Positions 16,937 to 19,038 of a stretch of 19,038 nucleotides of DNA are shown here, one piece after another (positions within the stretch are counted from its first letter, which is position 1; each line of letters opens with the position of its first letter). Origin of the DNA: Pseudomonadota bacterium (GTDB lineage: Bacteria > Bdellovibrionota_G > JALEGL01 > DATDPG01); contig JAZDIZ010000061.1 in NCBI GenBank assembly GCA_043804515.1, forward strand, positions 1 through 19,038. Direction: 5' to 3'. The position numbers and the translations under genes are program-made. The notes beneath the pieces are model-generated. The model was not told the origin of the DNA. It saw only the letters and a list, made by a program, of their open reading frames with translations, and ran no database searches.

Positions 16937-17261
16937 GAGTGGCCCCGTGGGTCGTTTGTCTCCCCCGCTCCAAATTCGGGGGAAGTGTCCCCCCCGGCCC
17001 AAGGCCGGTCCCCCCCCTCAGTCGCGGCTGGATCCAACCGCCCCCCGGTGCCACTCAATCCGTGGCTGCTCAAAACGTCCCGCGCACGATTCCCGGGCTA
17101 ATCTCACCGTTTGCGTTGCAAAGAGGACACCTCGAAATTTTGAGGCGTTCAGGCGGGGCGGGGGGCTGCCAGAGCGGAGGTAAGCGCAGGATCGCCTCGC
17201 AAAGTAGATGGAGCGATCCGAGCCACGGAGCGACGGCAGTCACCCGACCCGCCTGACTCAT
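16937..17261 (-). ncRNA. Putative large structured non-coding element (copy B), family unidentified
   Basis: End-to-end pairing GAGT 16937-16940/ACTC 17256-17259 and GGGTCG 16949-16954/CGACCC 17245-17250. Inner TCCGTGGCT 17059-17067/AGCCACGGA 17221-17229. Local hairpins at 16961-16983, 16994-17008 and 17189-17219. Shares motifs with 4489-4690. Confidence 0.45.
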
Positions 17262-17281
17262 TAAGAAAAAGCTGATGGCTG

Positions 17282-17767
17282 TTAATCGCGGAAGTTCGCG
17301 ATCTGCAGCGGAACGGGGAAATCAAGGGCGCGGATGACGCCGATCACCTTCTGAAGATCGTCCTTTTTCTTGGCGCTCACACGCACCTGCTCCTCCTGGA
17401 TGGAGGCCTGAACCTTCAGATTCATGGCCTTGATCTTCTTGACCAGCTCCCGGGCTTTTTCGATCTCGATTCCGTCGATCAGATCCAGCACCATCCGCGC
17501 CCTTCCCTTCGCGGCCGGCTCGACGTCATGGGCTTTGACCGCCTTGAGCGAGACCGAGCGTCTGACCAGCTTTCCCTGCAACACCTCATAGGCGGCCTTG
17601 ACCTTGTACTCGTCGGCGGATTCGAGCGTCACGACCTTCTCGGCCCGGGCGACCGAGCTGGCGGTGTCTTTGAAGTCGTACCGTTGGCTGATCTCCTGGT
17701 AGGCCTGATGAATCGCGTTGTCGACTTCCGCCAGGTCCAGTTTGGAAACTATGTCAAAGGAAGGCAT
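17282..17767 (-). CDS. yajQ: YajQ family nucleotide/cyclic-di-GMP-binding protein
   Basis: MPSFDIVS...EVDNAI...RYDFK...KLVRR...KVQASIQ...VRVS.KKKDDLQ...PLQ..NFRD; 161 aa from ATG 17767. Confidence 0.95.
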   Translation of the reverse strand: MPSFDIVSKLDLAEVDNAIHQAYQEISQRYDFKDTASSVARAEKVVTLESADEYKVKAAYEVLQGKLVRRSVSLKAVKAHDVEPAAKGRARMVLDLIDGIEIEKARELVKKIKAMNLKVQASIQEEQVRVSAKKKDDLQKVIGVIRALDFPVPLQIANFRD

Positions 17768-17823
17768 GGCGGGCGTAGGTAGCACAAGATTGCCTCGCCG
17801 GAAAGAGCACTGCTTACCGTATA

Positions 17824-17856
17824 GGGAGTGACACTCCCCGGGGCAAGCTCCGGGGA
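17824..17856. repeat. Two overlapping inverted repeats upstream of yajQ
   Basis: GGGAGTG-A-CACTCCC (17824-17838, perfect) and TCCCCGG-GGCAAGCT-CCGGGGA (17835-17856). Confidence 0.6.
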
Positions 17857-18245
17857 CTTACAGCATAGTGTTAAGGAGAAGTTCGTCGGCGCGCTTGGGC
17901 GGTGAACTAGGCCGATAAATTTCCAGAAGTTTAAAACCAAAATTCAAAACGTAATTAAGGGGGAGTTCTTCGGGGCACTTTGCCCGCAAAGCGAGTGAAG
18001 GGTGACGCGAAAATTCGAGAAGAAAGTTGCAAAAGAACCATTTTCTTCTTGACACGACTGAATCCGCTTTTTTCGGGAAAGAAATCTCAACTCTACAAGG
18101 CCCTTATTCCGCGCGTATTTGTCGCTGGTCGCGTGAAATGCCTTTATTGTGAAATCACTGCTTTAGGTCCGCCATCGTCGCCAGACAGCCCTAAAGAACA
18201 CGCGAAAAAACCGGTGTTAGTGTGCTCTCAAAAGGGAGAAACACC

Positions 18246-19038
18246 ATGGCCACTTCCTCGAATCTTGAAGCCTTAACCGATTCTGAACTCCACCGAACGA
18301 CAGTCGACCTTGCCAAGAAAGAGCAGCAGACGACCTTAGAGCTTCTTCACCATCTCCATGAGGTCGAAAGGCGAAAGCTTTTTGCCCAGAAAGGCTATGG
18401 CTCACTGTGGGAGTACGTCGTTTCCGCTCTCTCCTATTCCGAATCACAGGCCTCGGAACGCCTCGCAGCCATGAGGCTGATGTTTCGGGTTCAAGAAGCG
18501 AAAGAAGCCTTAGAGAATGGGAAATTGGGCCTGACCCAGGCGGCCATGGCCGAACGGCACCTTCGGGCGGAAGAAAAGGAAAGCCATCAATCGGTCTCCG
18601 CTCAGGTAGCCAAAGACGTGATTTTCAGGATTGAAGGAAAATCGAAGAAAGAAACGGAACGAGTCTTAGTCTCCTTAAGGCCCCAAGAGCCCAGAAAAGA
18701 ACAGATCCGGGTGATTTCAGGCCAAGAGACCGAGGTTCGGTTCTCGATCTCGGAAGAAGCCCGAAAAGCCATGGAGAGGTATTGGAAGCTTAAGGGCAAG
18801 TGCTCCGTCTCCGAACTCTTTTGCACCTGTCTCCATTTCTATCTGAGTCAGAAGGATCCCCAGAGACAGGAAGTCAGACTCAGATCGAATAAAACGGGGG
18901 CACTTTTTCCGGAAAAAGTCGATCCTCCGACCCGGTACATCCCGGCAGAAGTCAAACGGGAGGTCTGGAAGCGATCGGAAGGTCGGTGTGAGTACGTAGA
19001 TCCACAAACGGGAAGGAGATGTGAGAGCCAATACCTTC
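18246..19038 (+). CDS. HNH endonuclease family protein with DUF222-like helical N-terminus (3'-truncated by the window edge)
   Basis: Manually translated; absent from the ORF track because no stop lies in the window. GGAG RBS, then MATSSNLEALTDSEL...LLHHLHEVERRKLFAQKGYGSLWEYVVSALSYSESQASERLAAMRL...TRYIPAEVKREVWKRSEGRCEYVDPQTGRRCESQYL. The last part is the typical lead-in and first Cys pair of an HNH domain; the catalytic His would lie just beyond the window. Confidence 0.85.
   Translation, partial: MATSSNLEALTDSELHRTTVDLAKKEQQTTLELLHHLHEVERRKLFAQKGYGSLWEYVVSALSYSESQASERLAAMRLMFRVQEAKEALENGKLGLTQAAMAERHLRAEEKESHQSVSAQVAKDVIFRIEGKSKKETERVLVSLRPQEPRKEQIRVISGQETEVRFSISEEARKAMERYWKLKGKCSVSELFCTCLHFYLSQKDPQRQEVRLRSNKTGALFPEKVDPPTRYIPAEVKREVWKRSEGRCEYVDPQTGRRCESQYL

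Noticed and set aside
16937..17261. RNase P RNA or tmRNA
   Set aside because: Size and end pairing fit, but I found no GAGGAAAGUCC or matching 3' P4 strand, and no tRNA-like ends with a T-loop and tag reading frame, on either strand.
18049..18080. Sigma70 promoter for the HNH gene at TTGACA
   Set aside because: Perfect -35 hexamer, but no credible -10 at 16-18 bp spacing.
1..19038. CRISPR array, tRNA, rRNA, transposase or integrase
   Set aside because: No regularly spaced direct repeats, cloverleaf, rRNA signature or recognisable transposase/integrase motif was seen.

Overview
GC-rich bacterial chromosomal window; the gene content resembles Bdellovibrionota/Myxococcota-type deltaproteobacteria (inference). 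In order it contains: (1) a signalling cluster of a cNMP-binding+FHA protein, a membrane-anchored TPR-like-repeat Ser/Thr kinase and a GAF-GGDEF diguanylate cyclase; (2) a zincin-motif lipoprotein and an orphan secreted protein; (3) a lipA-E2-E3 2-oxoacid dehydrogenase operon whose E1 appears collapsed to a 112-aa alpha/beta remnant; (4) a half-size TauE/SafE transporter, a DUF4388/J-like/TPR protein and a lipoprotein; (5) a coupled operon of two Zn-dependent dehydrogenases and threonine aldolase; (6) yajQ; (7) an HNH-type nuclease gene running off the right edge, missing from the ORF track. The most unusual signal is non-coding: two highly structured intergenic elements about 12.5 kb apart (~4489-4690 on +, ~16937-17261 on -) share anchored motifs and pairing architecture. 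Each begins about 20 nt after the stop of a c-di-GMP-related gene. No CRISPR array, tRNA or rRNA was seen.
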